Positions 32,030-46,775 of a stretch of DNA of 64,000 bases are shown here, in pieces. How positions within the stretch are numbered: the stretch's first letter is position 1; each line of letters begins with the position of its first letter. The translations under genes and the position numbers were made by a program. The notes beneath the pieces were generated by a model. It made no database searches. It saw nothing but the letters and a program-made list of their open reading frames with translations, and was not told where the DNA came from. Source of the stretch: Bispira polyomma (taxonomy: Eukaryota); NCBI GenBank assembly GCA_965649765.1, contig OZ287759.1:42532001-42596000 (forward strand), written 5' to 3'.

Positions 32030-35000
32030 TATTGTAAGACTTGTCTTGAGAGTTTAGCCTTTCTGGTGCTGTGATCTAGTTATTTTAAGATGTGTCAGAG
32101 AGTTTTGCCTTTCTGGTGCTGTCATGTAGTCATTGTAAGACGTGTCAGAGAGTTTAGCCTTTCTGGTGCTGTCATCTAGTTATTGTAAGACGTGTCAGAG
32201 AGTTTAGCCTTTCTGGTGCTGTCATCTAGTTATTATAAGACGTGTCTGAGAGTTTAGCCTTTCTGGTGCTGTGATCTTGTTATTGTAAGACTTGTCTTGA
32301 GAGTTTAGCCTTTCTGGTGCTGTGATCTAGTTATTTTAAGACGTGTCAGAGAGTTTTGCCTTTCTGGTGCTGTCATCTAGTTATTGTAAGACGTGTCAGA
32401 GAGTTTAGCCTTTCTGGTGCTGTCATCTAGTTATTGTAAGACGTGTCTGAGAGTTTAGCCTTTCTGGTGCTGTGATCTGGTTATTGTAAGACGTGTCAGA
32501 GAGTTTTGCCTTTCTGGTGCTGTGATCAAGTTATTGTAAGACGTGTCAGTGAGTTTAGTCTTTCTGATGCTGTGATCTAGTTATTGTAAGACGTATGAGA
32601 GAGTTTAGCCTTTCTGGTGCTGTGATCTAGTTATTGTAAGACGTGTCAGAGAGTTTTGCCTTTCTGGTGCTGGTGTAGCGCCAGATTTTTACTCCCCTTT
32701 TTTTTCTTGGGGGAGGGGGGGGGGGGGTGGATTTGGCAAGGGGGGTGCCATATTTTCACCCCCCTTGTCAAATTTTTACTCCCCAAATCATAATGGCCAT
32801 ATAGGCTTAAGACAAACTATTATTGATCAATAGCAGGTAACATTGTTGTGTATGGGTTTTCATTTATATATGATGGCAAATTCATCTAGGTAGTGACCCT
32901 ATTATTATAATTTTTTAACATGTTTGAGAGTTATTGTAATGTAATTAGTTTGGTTAAAACATTAACAAAATTTAGGAAATCCAAATTTTTAAAGAATTGA
33001 AGATATAGAATATCAATATAAATTGTGAATTTTACCATTTTTGTAAATTAGTACAGTTTTACACCTATTTTTATACACACATTGAATTGGAATATTCTAT
33101 TTAAACTGACATATAAGCCTTAAGGTAAACATTACATTCAATAATACAGGTGAAACTTTGTATATCTGTATATGTAAAACACAATGTCAGTATAATTAAG
33201 TAATTCATCTATCTATTTACATATACAATACACATACATAAATCTTTTAAGTTAACTAAGTTACTAGATAATTGGCTTCTCATTGTGGTATACACCACAA
33301 AGCTGGCTTGATTACTCATTAACTGAATGTGGCTTCTTATTGTGAAAGTCATCAGTACCTTTATTACTTAATCGTTTGATTAACTGGACTACTAAAGGAT
33401 TGAATGTGGCTTGTCATAGTAAAAGTTATCAGTACCTTGATTATTTGATTAGCTAGATTACTAGATGATTAGATGTGGCTCCTTATTGTAGTATACTACC
33501 ACAAAGCTGGCTTGATTACTTATTAACTGAATGTGGCTTCTCATTGTGAAAGTCATCAGTACCTTGATGACATGATTGCAAGTGGCTTCACATCATATAA
33601 TTAACCAGCATTAGGCTTAGTTGATTACTTCACTAAATGTGGTTTCTCATAGTGTGTCAAACAATTTTTGATGGTAACTTTAAGAAATACCCTTTGAAAT
33701 TATCTTGATAGTGGCTTCTCTTGAGAACTGGACAACCTTAAGTGTATATAAAGAGGTCCTGTAAAAGTTAACTTCATTATATATTTGATGTGTTGTTAGT
33801 TAATGAAAGAGTTGTATGAAGTGTTTTTTATTTAATTTAAGTATCACTGTGTGAATTGTTCATGCAATAATTATAAAAAAGACTTCCTTATGTACTAATG
33901 GTACTAAATAAATAAATAACAGTACTAGTCACACCTCTCATGTTATCAGCCTTATCCAAGTCATCCTATGCCATATCGACAATAAACCAGTATTTGTTTT
34001 ACAATCAAAATTTTAATCATTGTTTTATTGATCTTAAATAAGTTTTGTGAGTTTTATTAACAAAGTTTTATTGTCTATTTCTAATGCCTATAAATCCCCC
34101 AAATACAAATGACAGTCTCCCCACATACCCTGTAAATCAATGCACATAATTAATATTCACCTGATTGTAAGAGCAAGTCAGTGGTAATCAGTGTAATTGG
34201 ATTAATCTTGATAAAATCACCCAAGAGGGGTCAGTTTCTGGCAGGGGGGTCTGTATTTGGCAAGTTGGCTGCCACATTTTCCCCCCTTTAATCCTCCTAT
34301 TGTTGGGGGGTGCAAAATTTGTTTGCCAAATACACACCCCCTAAAAGATCAAAGAGGGGAGTAAAAATATGGCAGGGGGTGATTTTATGGCATTACACCA
34401 CTATCTAGTTATTGTAAGACGTGTCTGAGAGTTTAGCCTTTCAAGTGCTGTGATCTAGTTATTGTAAGACGTGTCAGAGAGTTTAGCCTTTCAGATGCTG
34501 TGATCTAGTTATTGTAAGACGTGTCAGAGAGTTTAGCCTTTCAGGTGCTGTGATCTAGTTATTGTAAGACGTGTCAGAGAGTTTAGCCTTTCAGGTGCTG
34601 TGATCTAGTTATTGTAAGACGTGTCTGAGAGTTTAGCCTTTCTGGTGCAGTGATCTAGTTATTGTAAGACATGTCTGAGAGTTTAGCCTTTCTGGTGCTG
34701 TGATCTAGTTATTGTAAGACGTGTCTGAGAGTTTAGCCTTTCTGGTGCTGTGAACTAGTTGGTGTAGGACGTGTCTGAGAGTTTAGCCTTTCTGGTGCTG
34801 TGAACTAGTTGGTGTAGGACGTGTCTGAGAGTTTAGCCTTTCAGGTGCTGTGAACTAGTTGGTGTAGGACGTGTCTGAGAGTTTAGCCTTTCAGGTGCTG
34901 TGAACTAGTTGGTGTAGGACGTGTCTGAGAGTTTAGCCTTTCTGGTGCTGTGAACTAGTTGGTGTAGGACGTGTCTGAGAGTTTAGCCTTTCAGATGCTG

Positions 35001-35442
35001 TGATCTGGTTATTGTAAGACGTGTCTGAGAGTTTAACCTTTCAGGTGCTGTGATCAAGTTATTGTAAGACGTGTCAGAGAGTTTAGCCTTTCAGGTGCTG
35101 TGATCTAGTTATTGTAAGACGTGTCTGAGAGTTTAGCCTTTCTGGTGCTGTGATCTAGTTATTGTAAGACGTGTCTGAGAGTTTAGCCTTTCTGGTGCTG
35201 TGAACTAGTTGGTGTAGGACGTGTCTGAGAGTTTAGCCTTTCAGATGCTGTAATCTGGTTATTGTAAGACTTGTCTGAGAGTTTAGCCTTTCAGGTGCTG
35301 TGATCTAGTTATTGTAAGACGTGTCTGAGAGTTTAGCCTTTCTGGTGCTGTGATCTGGTTATTGTAAGACGTGTCTGAGAGTTTAGCCTTTCAGGTGCTG
35401 TGATCTAGTTGGTGTAGGACGTGTCTGAGAGTTTTGTCTTTC
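32030..35442. repeat. 50-bp tandem array (about 13 + 20 copies) split by a DNA element
   Basis: Unit ttattgtaagacgtgtcagagagtttagcctttctggtgctgtgatctag. Confidence 0.95.
32671..34400. mobile_element. Non-autonomous TIR DNA element inserted in the 50-bp tandem array
   Basis: Ends tggtgtagcgcca / tggcattacacca, with subterminal tttttactcccc / ggggagtaaaaa. It splits a repeat unit between ggtgc and atctag. Superfamily not determined. Confidence 0.75.
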
Positions 35443-36041
35443 AAAGGTTCAACACCATTACAAAAACATACACTCTTAAAAAAACACACTAACTAATCTA
35501 TCCAGTACAGATTTACAGTATTGAATAATCCCATTATTTCTATTTATTATAGTGGCATGCTATATAAATATATAGAGATGAATGGATGGATCAAATTTTA
35601 TAAACATCTTTAATGGATTGTGTGTGAATCAGATGAAATCCTTTTAAAGGCATTGTCATGGAAGCCATCTAGTTGTCGTAATGAGGCCAAAGTTCAGTTT
35701 TAGGATCATTTACATTGTGTAAACATACATAGCAAAGTCTGGTATGCCAATGATATCAAATCTTTTTCAAAGAAGTTGTGGCGTTTTGTTAGACATATCC
35801 TACAAATTTGGTGAGGCTAGCCACAATAGTCTTCTTGTGAGAGTGTAAGGAAATTCTCTCTGCGTGAGTTTGCTTTTTCAGCATTGTAATCACATGTAAA
35901 TTAAAGTATCCACCAAATGCATGTGGAGAATTCAATGTATTGAGCAAACACAAATCACCAAAATTGCCCAGCCCTGTAGGACTTAATTATATGTCACTCT
36001 TAACATAAAACAAAACTATTACAGAAGGTTGTCATTATTCT

Positions 36042-36828
36042 AGGACAAAAGCCCCCCCCTGACCAAAGCCCTCCCAACATAGGACAAAAGCCCCCCTATC
36101 ACAAATATATGTAAAAAGTATATCTTGACTGATTATATAAAAAAAATTATTTTTAATAATATACTAAGAAACATAAGAAACATAAGAACATAAAATTATA
36201 TAAGTACATGTTATGAACATAAGACTATTTAATATTATATATTTTAAATATAAGAACTTTGTCATGTCACTCAGAATCTAACAGCGCATCGCACTCAAAA
36301 AGAGGGACTTTTTCTTAAGGCTTTAAAGTGGAGATTGAGGAGTAATGAGTAGGAAAGACAAAAAAGGACCTATGATTAAAGAATTCTGAGTATGAAAGAC
36401 AAAAAGAGACAAATATATTTAAAAAAATAGACATAAAAGCAGTATCACACAGATTTTTTTTTTTAAGAACAATGATTACATTTGTCTTTACTATATATTT
36501 TGGGATCTACAAGTTCAAAAGTCCTTTACTTTACAAATTTACTTAGCAGTGTTAAAGTAATGGGCTTAACTTACTCAGATAAGATTTGTTTCTGGAAACT
36601 TCAGAGGTACTCTTCTTTCATGTATGTGTATATTGATTGTGTGACAAAAACATACTGATAAGTAATAAAGTATATTCATTGTCTTTTGCTAATAACTGTT
36701 ATAAAAAAATTGATAGGGGGACTTCTCCGTACACTGCTGAAAACTGAGGGGGGCTTTCAAAAAAGGAGGCTTTTGTCGGGGGGGCTTTTGTCAGGGGGGC
36801 TTTTGTCATGGGGTGCTTATGTCCGTTT
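36042..36828. mobile_element. MITE with repetitive TIRs (MULE-like)
   Basis: Repeated ggacaaaagccccc at the left end and gggggcttttgtc at the right end; AT-rich interior. Confidence 0.7.
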
Positions 36829-39800
36829 ACTATTATTGTGAACCATTGATCAGAATATGAACAAAAGTATTCAATTAATAAACAATATCCAATGTTTTTT
36901 CCACACAAAAGACAGAAAACATCATATCTACATAATTACATACAAGGCAAATTATAGTACTGAATGCATTTCAGGAAGGAATCCCACTTCCATCCTTACG
37001 ACTTTGCAATGTCCATGGACTTAAGGATTAGACCAATGATTCTGCTGTTGCGCTTTAGAAGATGCCTAGCATCAATAAAGCGTGTTAAAAATTCATAATA
37101 ATAATAATTTATTCTATTTACAAAGCTCTAAAACTAATTGAAAGCAACAGTACTGATACTAACAGTCATTATCACCTCTTTGTTATATAAAATACTGATT
37201 TGAATACAGTGAGTTGAATACGTGACTCTAGGTGGGGGAATAATGTATTGAGTTAGATATGTGACCCCAGGTAAGGTCAGTGGGGGAATAATGTATGGAG
37301 TTAGATATAATTTGGGAAATTACTAAATTAAAGAGTTCTTAGGAACCAGATTAATTATCACTCCATCACTTGTTTAATATTATTTTTTGCTTGTTTTTCA
37401 TTTCGCATAAGAATTAATATTAACGGAAATATTTAGGTAAACAATCTTCGTGGAGAGCACCCTGAAGTACCAACTTCAATAGGAGGATATTTTACTGTCT
37501 CTGTCCTTTGACTCGGCAAGAAACGCCAACATATTTGCTACGACAGGTTATATTTGAGGACTCGACGTCCAACAAAAATATACACATTTTATAAATATCC
37601 CCTTAATAAATGCCCTTGATATTATCTTACATATATGCATACGCAAATTTATCAAATGGTGTTGGTTTTGACGTAATATTTTGAGGACCCGATCGATAAG
37701 TCCTTTTCTTATATCGAGGACCACTTCTATAGCCACTTCGAATTAATATCTCCACTTTTTAAAGAACTGAGACCCAACTATTACAACTAACCCATTTGAC
37801 AGACCCTAAAACTCACTGCAGTCATGGCAGACCGGTTGTCGATTGGTGTCGATCCCTGGCGTTAACGGGTCTGCTGCCAACAGTAGAAGATTTTACCTGT
37901 TAATGTAAAAGTATGGGTACTTACCACAATGATACAGGCTTATCTACGCAAATAACCAGCAAACTTAAACAGACCACGTATTTAATATTCAAAGCATCTC
38001 TCCGCTGAAACTTTTCGTTTTGTCTGAGTTTGACACACAAGAAGCCACTATTCTGATCTCAGCCCAACTGTTTGTTGATATCAAGTCATTGAATGCAGTG
38101 GCTCATGTCCAATAATATGTCATGTACACTATTTTGTCATTTCAAACAAAGTTATTCACACACCAACCACATACCACACAACCAAATAAGGGCGTCCACA
38201 AAAACGTAAAACAGCCATAAACTTGGAAACTCTTCTGATCATAGTGTTGGGCATTACAACCTATTCACAAGAGGTCACACCCAGTTAGAAGGGTCCTGAG
38301 TGGTTTATTAATGAGACCACGATACACCGGAACTGTAATGAAAAGATTTAAATACCCAACACCTCCTACACACTGTAATAGTCAAGTTATTGTTACCCAT
38401 TGGAACTAGACAATCTGATATTTATGTCAAATTAAGCTGCATTCACAACATCATAATAACACACGATTGTCCAGGGAATAGTAAACATGAAACACCCTTC
38501 ACCACAAACCTCCACAACGTCCTCTTAAATCACCCCTTGTTGCATTAAAAATACCAATGTGACTAATTTTAATATCTCTCAAATTTGATGTTTATGGCAT
38601 ATATGAATAGCGAATCACCACTCCATGATGCATTCCTGGAGACCACCAGCGTTATGATTACCTATATGGTGTGTGTATCATTTACAATATTCTCCCAGAG
38701 ACCCTGTGTCAATCGACAATCTGTCTCATGGTGGATGCGACAATCTGTCTCGTGGATGCGACAAAATACTGTATTAGAAGCTAGCAGATGGTATGGTAAT
38801 GTAACAGTTTGTTGCCATGAGACAGATTGTCACATTCAGAATTCCGATTCTAATATGACAAATAAAATAATTACTGAATTCGGCTGTGTTTACTGCAATA
38901 TTGAATGTTAATAGAGGAACTATTTCCTCTGGACGGCAATTCTACAGACGAAGACAGGCAATGTGTGTGTATATTGTGTATTTTTGCCAAAGCTTTCGAC
39001 AAATCAGAATCTCTGACACAGCTGTGTCATGTTAGGACAATAGGCAACTCCTTAGGGAGACCCTAGCTTAAATTCCTAGAATAAAAATGGACAACCTTCT
39101 CGAAGGCCTCTTAATTAACGCCTCCCAAAATGACCCCAAATAGGCAAGCCATTAGATGGCTCTGAAATTCTACCCCTTTCACATCCCTATACCAACCAGT
39201 ACCATTGCAACATCTTGTCGCATTGACCATACAACAGTATGTTGCATGCACAATACCACCTTTCATTGCATCACCATACCAACCACTGCCATTGCAAAAA
39301 GATCCATCAATTGAAGATTTGTGAGGATTGCTTCTGCCAATGTCTGCGACTGATGTAGGTACCTTGTAGGATAAGCAGAGACAGGTCACAGACTATATTA
39401 TGTCAATCATCAAGAATGGCAAAATTAATGGGGACAAAACTAAAACAAGAATGATCACTGAACAGACAACTCTGGAATTTACACTAGAGGATGGGTCGCT
39501 TTGTGACCTGATGGCAACCAATCATTGGTAAGTGGTGGCAAATGGACAAGTTGTGGAGTGGTGGATTACTCAAAACAAAAAGAATTGGTTGGTGGTCGCC
39601 TTCTAGCTTGGACCAACCAAACCTTTCGTACTTAGTTTGCACACCTAAAGGTGACCATCTAAAGACTTCTCAGGACCAGTGTGCTAAATCTGTTAGTAAA
39701 TAAAGGCCCTGGGGTTTACGTTGCTGAATGGAGAGTGTAGTACAAGGGTGGTGTCATCCGGAAATTGATTTAAATTATAAAACATATCCATTTATCCATA

Positions 39801-40411
39801 TTAAATTTCATGTGAATTAATCCACAATATTCACATTTCTGTACACAGAATGAATATGTAATGGAGACAAGGGTCGCCTTGACAGAATCCTCTGTAAGGG
39901 TGAAGAAATTACAAGAGCACCACACTGGATTACTGCAACTCTGATGTTAGCACAATTATGTACACATGTATTTATCGGTTTAATCTATTTGATAAAGCCT
40001 TCTCTAAAATTAAAGAAAGTAATAATACATATTAACTTGATATTAACATTATAAATATTAACACTGTTCAAGTTTATGCCCTGGCATAGCCGTTTACCCA
40101 AGTTCTGAATGACTTATATGATTGTGAGAGAAGGGGGCTAAATGCTCATTTGCATATGATTAATATTAATGTAACGTCTTCTCAAGCTCATGATACACTC
40201 TTACCAGTTTGAGCCTCGGCTGAGCCCCGACAGAGCTCTGTTTTTGTCACCTTCTCACAAGTTCTTACAAGTTCATGAGATGTTCATGAGACGTTCTGAT
40301 TAAGTTTGTCCACGTTCAATCCCCTGCGATGCCCCATTTATGCCAGTTTGTGTCCCGACTATAGCAGTTTGCTAAAGTTCTCTTACTTTCTCACAAGTTC
40401 TCACAAGGTTT

Positions 40412-42192
40412 GTAATAATAATAATAATTGAAGCATTTAAATAGCGCCAAATTGATGAGAGCATCCTCTAGGGCGCTGTTATGCAAAAAGAGAGAATCAA
40501 GAGGCAAGCAAAGGTCCTTACCAAAAAGCATCTACCCAGGGAAGGTTGACTAAGGAGAGGGGTAGGCCAGTCTGTAAAGGTGAGTTTTCAGATGGCTTCT
40601 GAAACCAGAAATTTTATACTGTGATTTGAAAGTATGAGGGGGTTTGTTTCATTCAACAGGAGCTGCAAAGACAAAACAGCGCCTACCGATTTTTTTGTTT
40701 GGTCCGGTTGAGGAGACGGAGAAGCGGTTTTCTGGGTAAGGCTACTAGATTTGATAAGTGAGGCGAGATAAGGAGGTTGGTTGAGTTTGATGGCTTTAAA
40801 CACAAGAAGATTGTATTTAAAGAGATTGCGCTGTTGCCACTTGCACTGCAGTTTCGTGACTGAGGTACCTGCATAATCTTCGCAGATTGCGTAGATGGTA
40901 GTAGCAGGCCCGGCAGACACTGGCTACATGACTACTGAAATAGTTCTCTTGGTTAAAATAACACAAAGGTTTTTGACTTTTCCTGATGGTAACATATTGT
41001 TGTTTAGTAGACTGATTGAAAAGAATGGTTTGCAGCTGTCTCGAGTAGAGTTTTCGCCTATTATAATGAATTCGGTTTTATCTGAATTGAGTTTAAGCTT
41101 GACAATTTCCATCCATGTTTGCACAGCCTCAAGGCATTTTGCCAACTCTGATATGCTTGGGTTAAAATTTCTAGCATCTAGCACTAAGTATATTTGTGTG
41201 TCATCAGCATACAGGTGGTGGGTGACATTAAACTGAGAGATTATTTTATTGAGGGGAGTGGTGTACATGGTGAAAAGAAGAGGGCCCAATACAGAACCTT
41301 ATGGGACTTAAGAAGCTGGATGAGCTTAAGAACTTCCTCGGACAGAGTACGAAAAGAGGTAAAAGTGTTGTCTATATTGGGTGGTAACAGTGAGGTCTCA
41401 GAGGATGATGGCTGGCTGGACCTGAGTTGGGTAATTTTGTTTGAGAAAAATTTACCAAAAATGTTTGCTAAGTCTGCCGCTGATTTGCAGTCAGGAAGCA
41501 TTACCGTTGAAGACTTGTGGAGTATTTTCTTTATTGAATTCCACAAGGCCTTTAGATTATCCATGTTTTCATTTACAAATGACTCTGTGTTTCGAGATTT
41601 CCAGCATGTGGTTGTAGCAGTTAACCGCAGCGCGATACCTGCTCCTGTTTATGCTTGTCTCGGTGCCAGGTATGTTCTAGTTTACGCTTAAGGCGTTTGG
41701 CAGCCAGGATTTCTTTGTTTATGAATCCAGTATCAGGGTTTTGAGAATTTTTTTTTGTTTGCTGGTGCATACCTGTCAAGTAGGTCTCTGAGGGTATTAA
41801 AGTGCTGATGACTGAGGAGACTAGCACTTTTATTTGGGCACTTTATGAGGTTAGAGTTCGAAATGTCAGCCTTAAAATCCTGGGCATTAATTTTGTTAAG
41901 CTTTTAGATTTTTTTATATCTGTAGTTACATGGAACTCTGATTGGGAAATCTAAAGTAAGAACTATTGTGAGGTGATCTGATAGACCGCTAATAACATGG
42001 AGACTGATAGTGGTTGAGAAGAACTTACTGACGCACAGCACATCTAAGGTGTGGCCATGTATGTGGGTCGGATCGTTGAGTAACTATGTGTAATCAAACT
42101 AAGATAGGATATTGGTAAAATTTTTGAACCATGTACCCAACGAATCCATGTGAATATTGAGATCGCCGCAGACAACATTTTCATGACTCATG
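40412..42192 (-). mobile_element. Decayed L2/CR1-type LINE (endonuclease and RT remnants, (TAT)n tail)
   Basis: Motifs [44 protein letters not shown] and [11 protein letters not shown]; 3' end ggcgctatttaaatgcttcaa(tta)n. Contains frameshifts and an internal deletion. Confidence 0.9.
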
Positions 42193-42527
42193 ACTTAAGG
42201 ACCACACAAGTTTGAGCTCTGATTATGCTAGGTTCTCACAAGCTCATGCCCCGGTCATGACACGTTCTCACCCGCTCTACAGAATCGTATAAATACCACG
42301 CTCATCCTCACAACCCATCTAGAAGTTGGAGTGAACACAACTATGCAGATGCTACATTGATTGATATTCTACACTTCATTTTCTACACTTTTATACTGTG
42401 CATTGAGAAGATAGATGGAGATAGATAGATGGGGAGATGGATAGATGGGTAGATAGATATAGATAGAGATTCATTAAGATATTTTTGTAAACATTTGTTT
42501 AATCTTTTATTGTATTTTTAGGTCAAT

Positions 42528-43440
42528 ATGAATGGGCTAAATGAGCAGCAACTCTAACTTCTGCAGGCACACCTGAACCTCCACTAGGCAATAAGGATTC
42601 GCCCAAACCAGGTGGCTCTCCACATCAACATAAGGCAGCGTGCGGGAGTGAGGCACCACAGGGGGTTCTGCATCAGGCTGTGGCTACTCAGAAGGCCCGT
42701 TTATTGCCACTATGATAGCCTGCTGGCTGAGCTATGCCTGGAAGATCTTCAGGCCTTTCGCAATTATATCAGGATGGAGCCTGCGCTCTTTGATGAAGTC
42801 CTGATAAAGCTGACTCCAATGATAGAGAAGGAGACGACCTTCTTATGGTCACCAATCTTTCCTGGCTTGGAGCTTGCCGTGACCCTAAGGTATCTCGCCA
42901 CTGGAGACTCCTATCAGAGCATGAAGTATAACTTTCATACAAGAAGTCTTGAAGTGTCCAAACAACCCCAGGATTAGAAGCAGAAGCAGGAAGTCTTCGC
43001 CAAGCAGTGGAACTTTCCACATGCAGTGGGGGCCTTGGACAGAAAGCATGTCTCGGTCAAATGCCCTCCTACTCTGGCTCGTATTACAATTACAAGGGCT
43101 TTTACTCAAAAGTAATGCTTGCATTAATGTTGGATGTAATGGCAGCTGTTCTGTCCCCAGATTTTCAATGGGTCAGACCTCAAAGCAACCGTGAAGGGGG
43201 ATACTCTGGGGTTACCACCGGCAAACGAACTACCAGATGACGACAGGCCAACACTTTACTTCCTGCTGGCAGACGATGCCTTTTCTCTCCAGACCTGACT
43301 CATGAAGCTCTTCAGTGGCAGGCATCTACACCGTGAAGAAAGAATCTTCAATTATAGGTTGTCCTGGGGCAGGCGTGTGGTTAAGAATGCCTTCAGGATA
43401 CTGACCAACCGGTTCAGATGTTTGCTGTCAACCATGCTCT
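42528..43440 (+). pseudogene. PIF/Harbinger (HARBI1-like) DDE transposase pseudogene
   Basis: Motifs FRNYIRMEP, LAVTLRYLATGDSY, WNFPHAVGALDRKHV, YYNYKGFYS, ADDAF and ERIFNYRLS...RRVVKNAF, spread over several frames with stops. Confidence 0.9.
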
Positions 43441-43530
43441 AACATGTCTAGCCAATGAGGTTCCACACTAACCACCTCTCTACATACATATGAGACAAGC
43501 ATTTATTGTGCCACCGTCAATTAAACATTT

Positions 43531-44005
43531 TAGTCCTGGTCCCACCGGCTGTCACGTTAGAAGTCGTTTGAAAATTGTAATTTGCAGGAGTTAACGTAAT
43601 ATACATAAACATACATAACTTGGCGTGAGAGATGAGATGCAAGAAATTTATAATTTTAAACCGTTTGGAATTTGGACACGCAACAGATGCAAAAGTATGA
43701 TTTACTGAAACATGGGTATGCGTCACAGTGTGTAAATGTGCGTCATTATGATGTTCTTTTACGTGTATTGGCGTACTCATACAGGTCATACAGGGGTTGA
43801 AATACATACTTTGATGTAAACTATGCATCCCCTGCGAGACTTGACAGCTTTTGCCGTACTAATAAATGAATATTAACATCTGTTGACGCCTTTCACGTGA
43901 AGAAAAGCAATATATTTAGGTTTCGCATCAACTTTTGCAGGAAATATTTACACTGCCCTTGCGTGACTAACCTAACCTAACGTGCATCCGGTGGGACCAG
44001 GGCAT
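43531..44005. mobile_element. MITE inserted in a short direct repeat
   Basis: TIRs cctggtcccaccgg / ccggtgggaccagg. Both flanks belong to a gcatttactgtgccaccgtcaatcaaacatt repeat. Confidence 0.65.
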
Positions 44006-45959
44006 CACATTGAAAGAAATGGGCATTTACTGTGCCACCGTCAATCAAACATTAACATTGAAACAAACGAGCATTTAGTGCCACCGTCAATCAAACATTA
44101 ACATTGAAATAAACACACATTTACTTATGACTTATTATTACTATTGACTTATTATTACTTATGAATTATTATGTATTATCACTTATTATTTCTTATAAAT
44201 TATTAATAATTATGTTTTTAAGATAATTTTCAGAGTCATGTGAAGGAAGTGCAATGTGAAGGTGCTCATGCTTTACACTGACGTATCTCACCGAGTCATA
44301 ACAACAGACATAGTGCTAGACTTGTGGAACAAGTTGAATGGAATCTGAAGGTGCTCATGCTTCAGACAGACATGTCGTAAAAGAAATGAAATTCAAAGGG
44401 AATCTGATGTGGAGGTTCCAAGAAGATAGCAGCTGTGTGTAGGAAAGGAGCAAGTTTCACTTTGAAACTACAAAGCATTTACTATGACGCCTCAATGACA
44501 CATTAGGTCATTGCAATTGTGTGGAGGTAATTGACTGGGACACACTTATTGAAGCTTTGGCAGTGCACACTACAATAATACACTTACACAGTTATAAGTG
44601 AGATAACACTATTTAAAAAAATCAAGCTGTTACACAGTTAGAAGCGAAATAGCGGTTCACTGTACCAGCCAAAACGACTACACAGTTACACAGCCAGAAG
44701 TAACATTAAGCTACCTATAATATCATTTGACCTTGGCATATTACACTATAAAACCAACTGAAACAATCAAGCAGGTACAGAGTTAGAATTGAAATAGCGG
44801 TTTACTTTACTAGTTGAAAACTGTACACAGTTACACAGCCAGAAGTGACATTACCTAAAATATTGTTGAAGCTTTTACATACTCTCTCTTTAATAATACT
44901 ACTTAAAATACTGATAATGACATGGAACCGAAGCCCCAAAATTACAACAAAAAGAGTATCTGTATTTCAGTTCTGCTGATCCTACTGCTGATCTTGCTGC
45001 TGATTCTTCTGCTGACCCTTTGTATCATCAGGTATGGCCCTGAAGTTGAAGCACATGTTGTTCAACTCAGACATCAATAGGGTACCAGCAGTAGCTGTCT
45101 GTGTGACAGGAATCATTCCTGAGGGTTTAGGGTTCTCACCCGTAACTGTACTACAGCCAGCAATGGCAGCGGCTGCACTTAAATTGCAAGATTAACAAGA
45201 GTAGCACTGGGATGACTCAATGACCCGGTGTAGTAAAAATACTGCTGAGCCTTCGGTGTGGACAGCTGACCAGTAGTGGCTGTCGAATCCAAAAACTGTT
45301 ATGGGTTGTAGATTATTTGCTGGGTCTGTTCCACCTGGGTCTGTTCCGCATGGGTCTGTTCCGCCTGCTCCTTCTATTTCTTCTCCCCAACAGCTTTGAC
45401 TTGCGAATGTAAGCACTCATGAGTTGGAATGAGTCCTCTGTAAAATCTGACCACAAATAATGGTAGACCTCCTTTGTTGTGGTGGACATCCACTGTGCCT
45501 AGGAATCTTTTGGGTTGGTTGGGGTACTGTTCTCCACGAGAACTTTTTGCAGTGACTAAAGGCCCTTGCAGGAAATCTTGTAACCGTCTTTTATGATCTG
45601 GGCACCACCACCGTCACCACTAGGCCATAAGTAATAAAAATGTGGTGAATATACGTTGTAAACACTGTACAGATAATGTGTAGATAGTCTCTACATACTG
45701 ATGTAATATATGTGTAATAAATATGTATTGAATATATGATATTAACAAGATGACACTGGCGACCTATTGGTTGCATAATTAGGTGATGACCTTTGACTTG
45801 GGACAAACGAAGATGGCTGTTTTGTACCGCTTCCTAGCAGTATATATTCTTCAAGTTCTCTTTGTTTTGACCTTGTATTTGTGTTGACCTTGTATTTAAG
45901 TTTTATTTAGTGTGTAAGGTGTGGAGGATGCCAACACCTGGCACACCAAAGAGAACTTG

Positions 45960-46775
45960 AACACAAGGCCATAATAATTACAATGATCTAACCGAGTAAA
46001 CAAATGTCTAAGTCAATATCATTCTGTCCTGCAGTATACAGCCCCTTGTGGTGAGTTGCAGTAGTCCTTTAAGTACTGCCTCTGTTGCTTGCCAACCCTG
46101 CTTGCAAAATTTCCTCTAGTACATTCTATAAGCCTGCCATAAGTAATAGTCCAGGCCCAGGTACAACAGCGTGTTTGCCATCCTTAGTATCCGTGAGGCC
46201 ATCGGGGACTGTAGGGTACCTCTTCCACATGATGTACCACACAAGCAATAACAATAGAGGTCAGTCTGTGGAACTTGTTGCATTGTAGTTAAGAGGCACC
46301 TCTTCTCGGTAGGCCAAAATGATGGTTTCACATACCTCAAAGACAACGATGGAGATGGCATTAAGACCAACTTTAAAGCTGTACATCAGACATCTGTATG
46401 AGTCCCTGGAGGTTAGGTAACGAAGTATCATGGTCAACTTAAAACCAGGTTACAATGGTTATCGGTAAAAGGTAGTTTTCTTCCCCAGCAAGGGGCCCAC
46501 TCTATCATGAAGCTCTGTAAACATCTCAGGCTCCATACGGATAAAGTTCTTAAATGCAGACATGTCTTCAAGCTCCAGCATGAAGTTTTCATACTGGTAA
46601 AAATTTGGCCTCATCAGCAACCAGGGTAGGATCCAGTCGGCTCTCCTTCTTCTTTTTATAACATGCCTCCTTCTCAAGTAGCTGTAAATACTGACACTGT
46701 TTCTCTGGTTTATATAATTCAACTGCACAAAGTCCCGCAGCAATGCAACGTGAAGAGCTTGCTATCTATTCATTG
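45960..46775 (-). pseudogene. Second PIF/Harbinger transposase remnant
   Basis: WILPWLLMRP...FKNFIRMEPEMF...TFYR*PL*PGFKLTMILRYLTSRDSY; heavily decayed further on. Confidence 0.85.
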
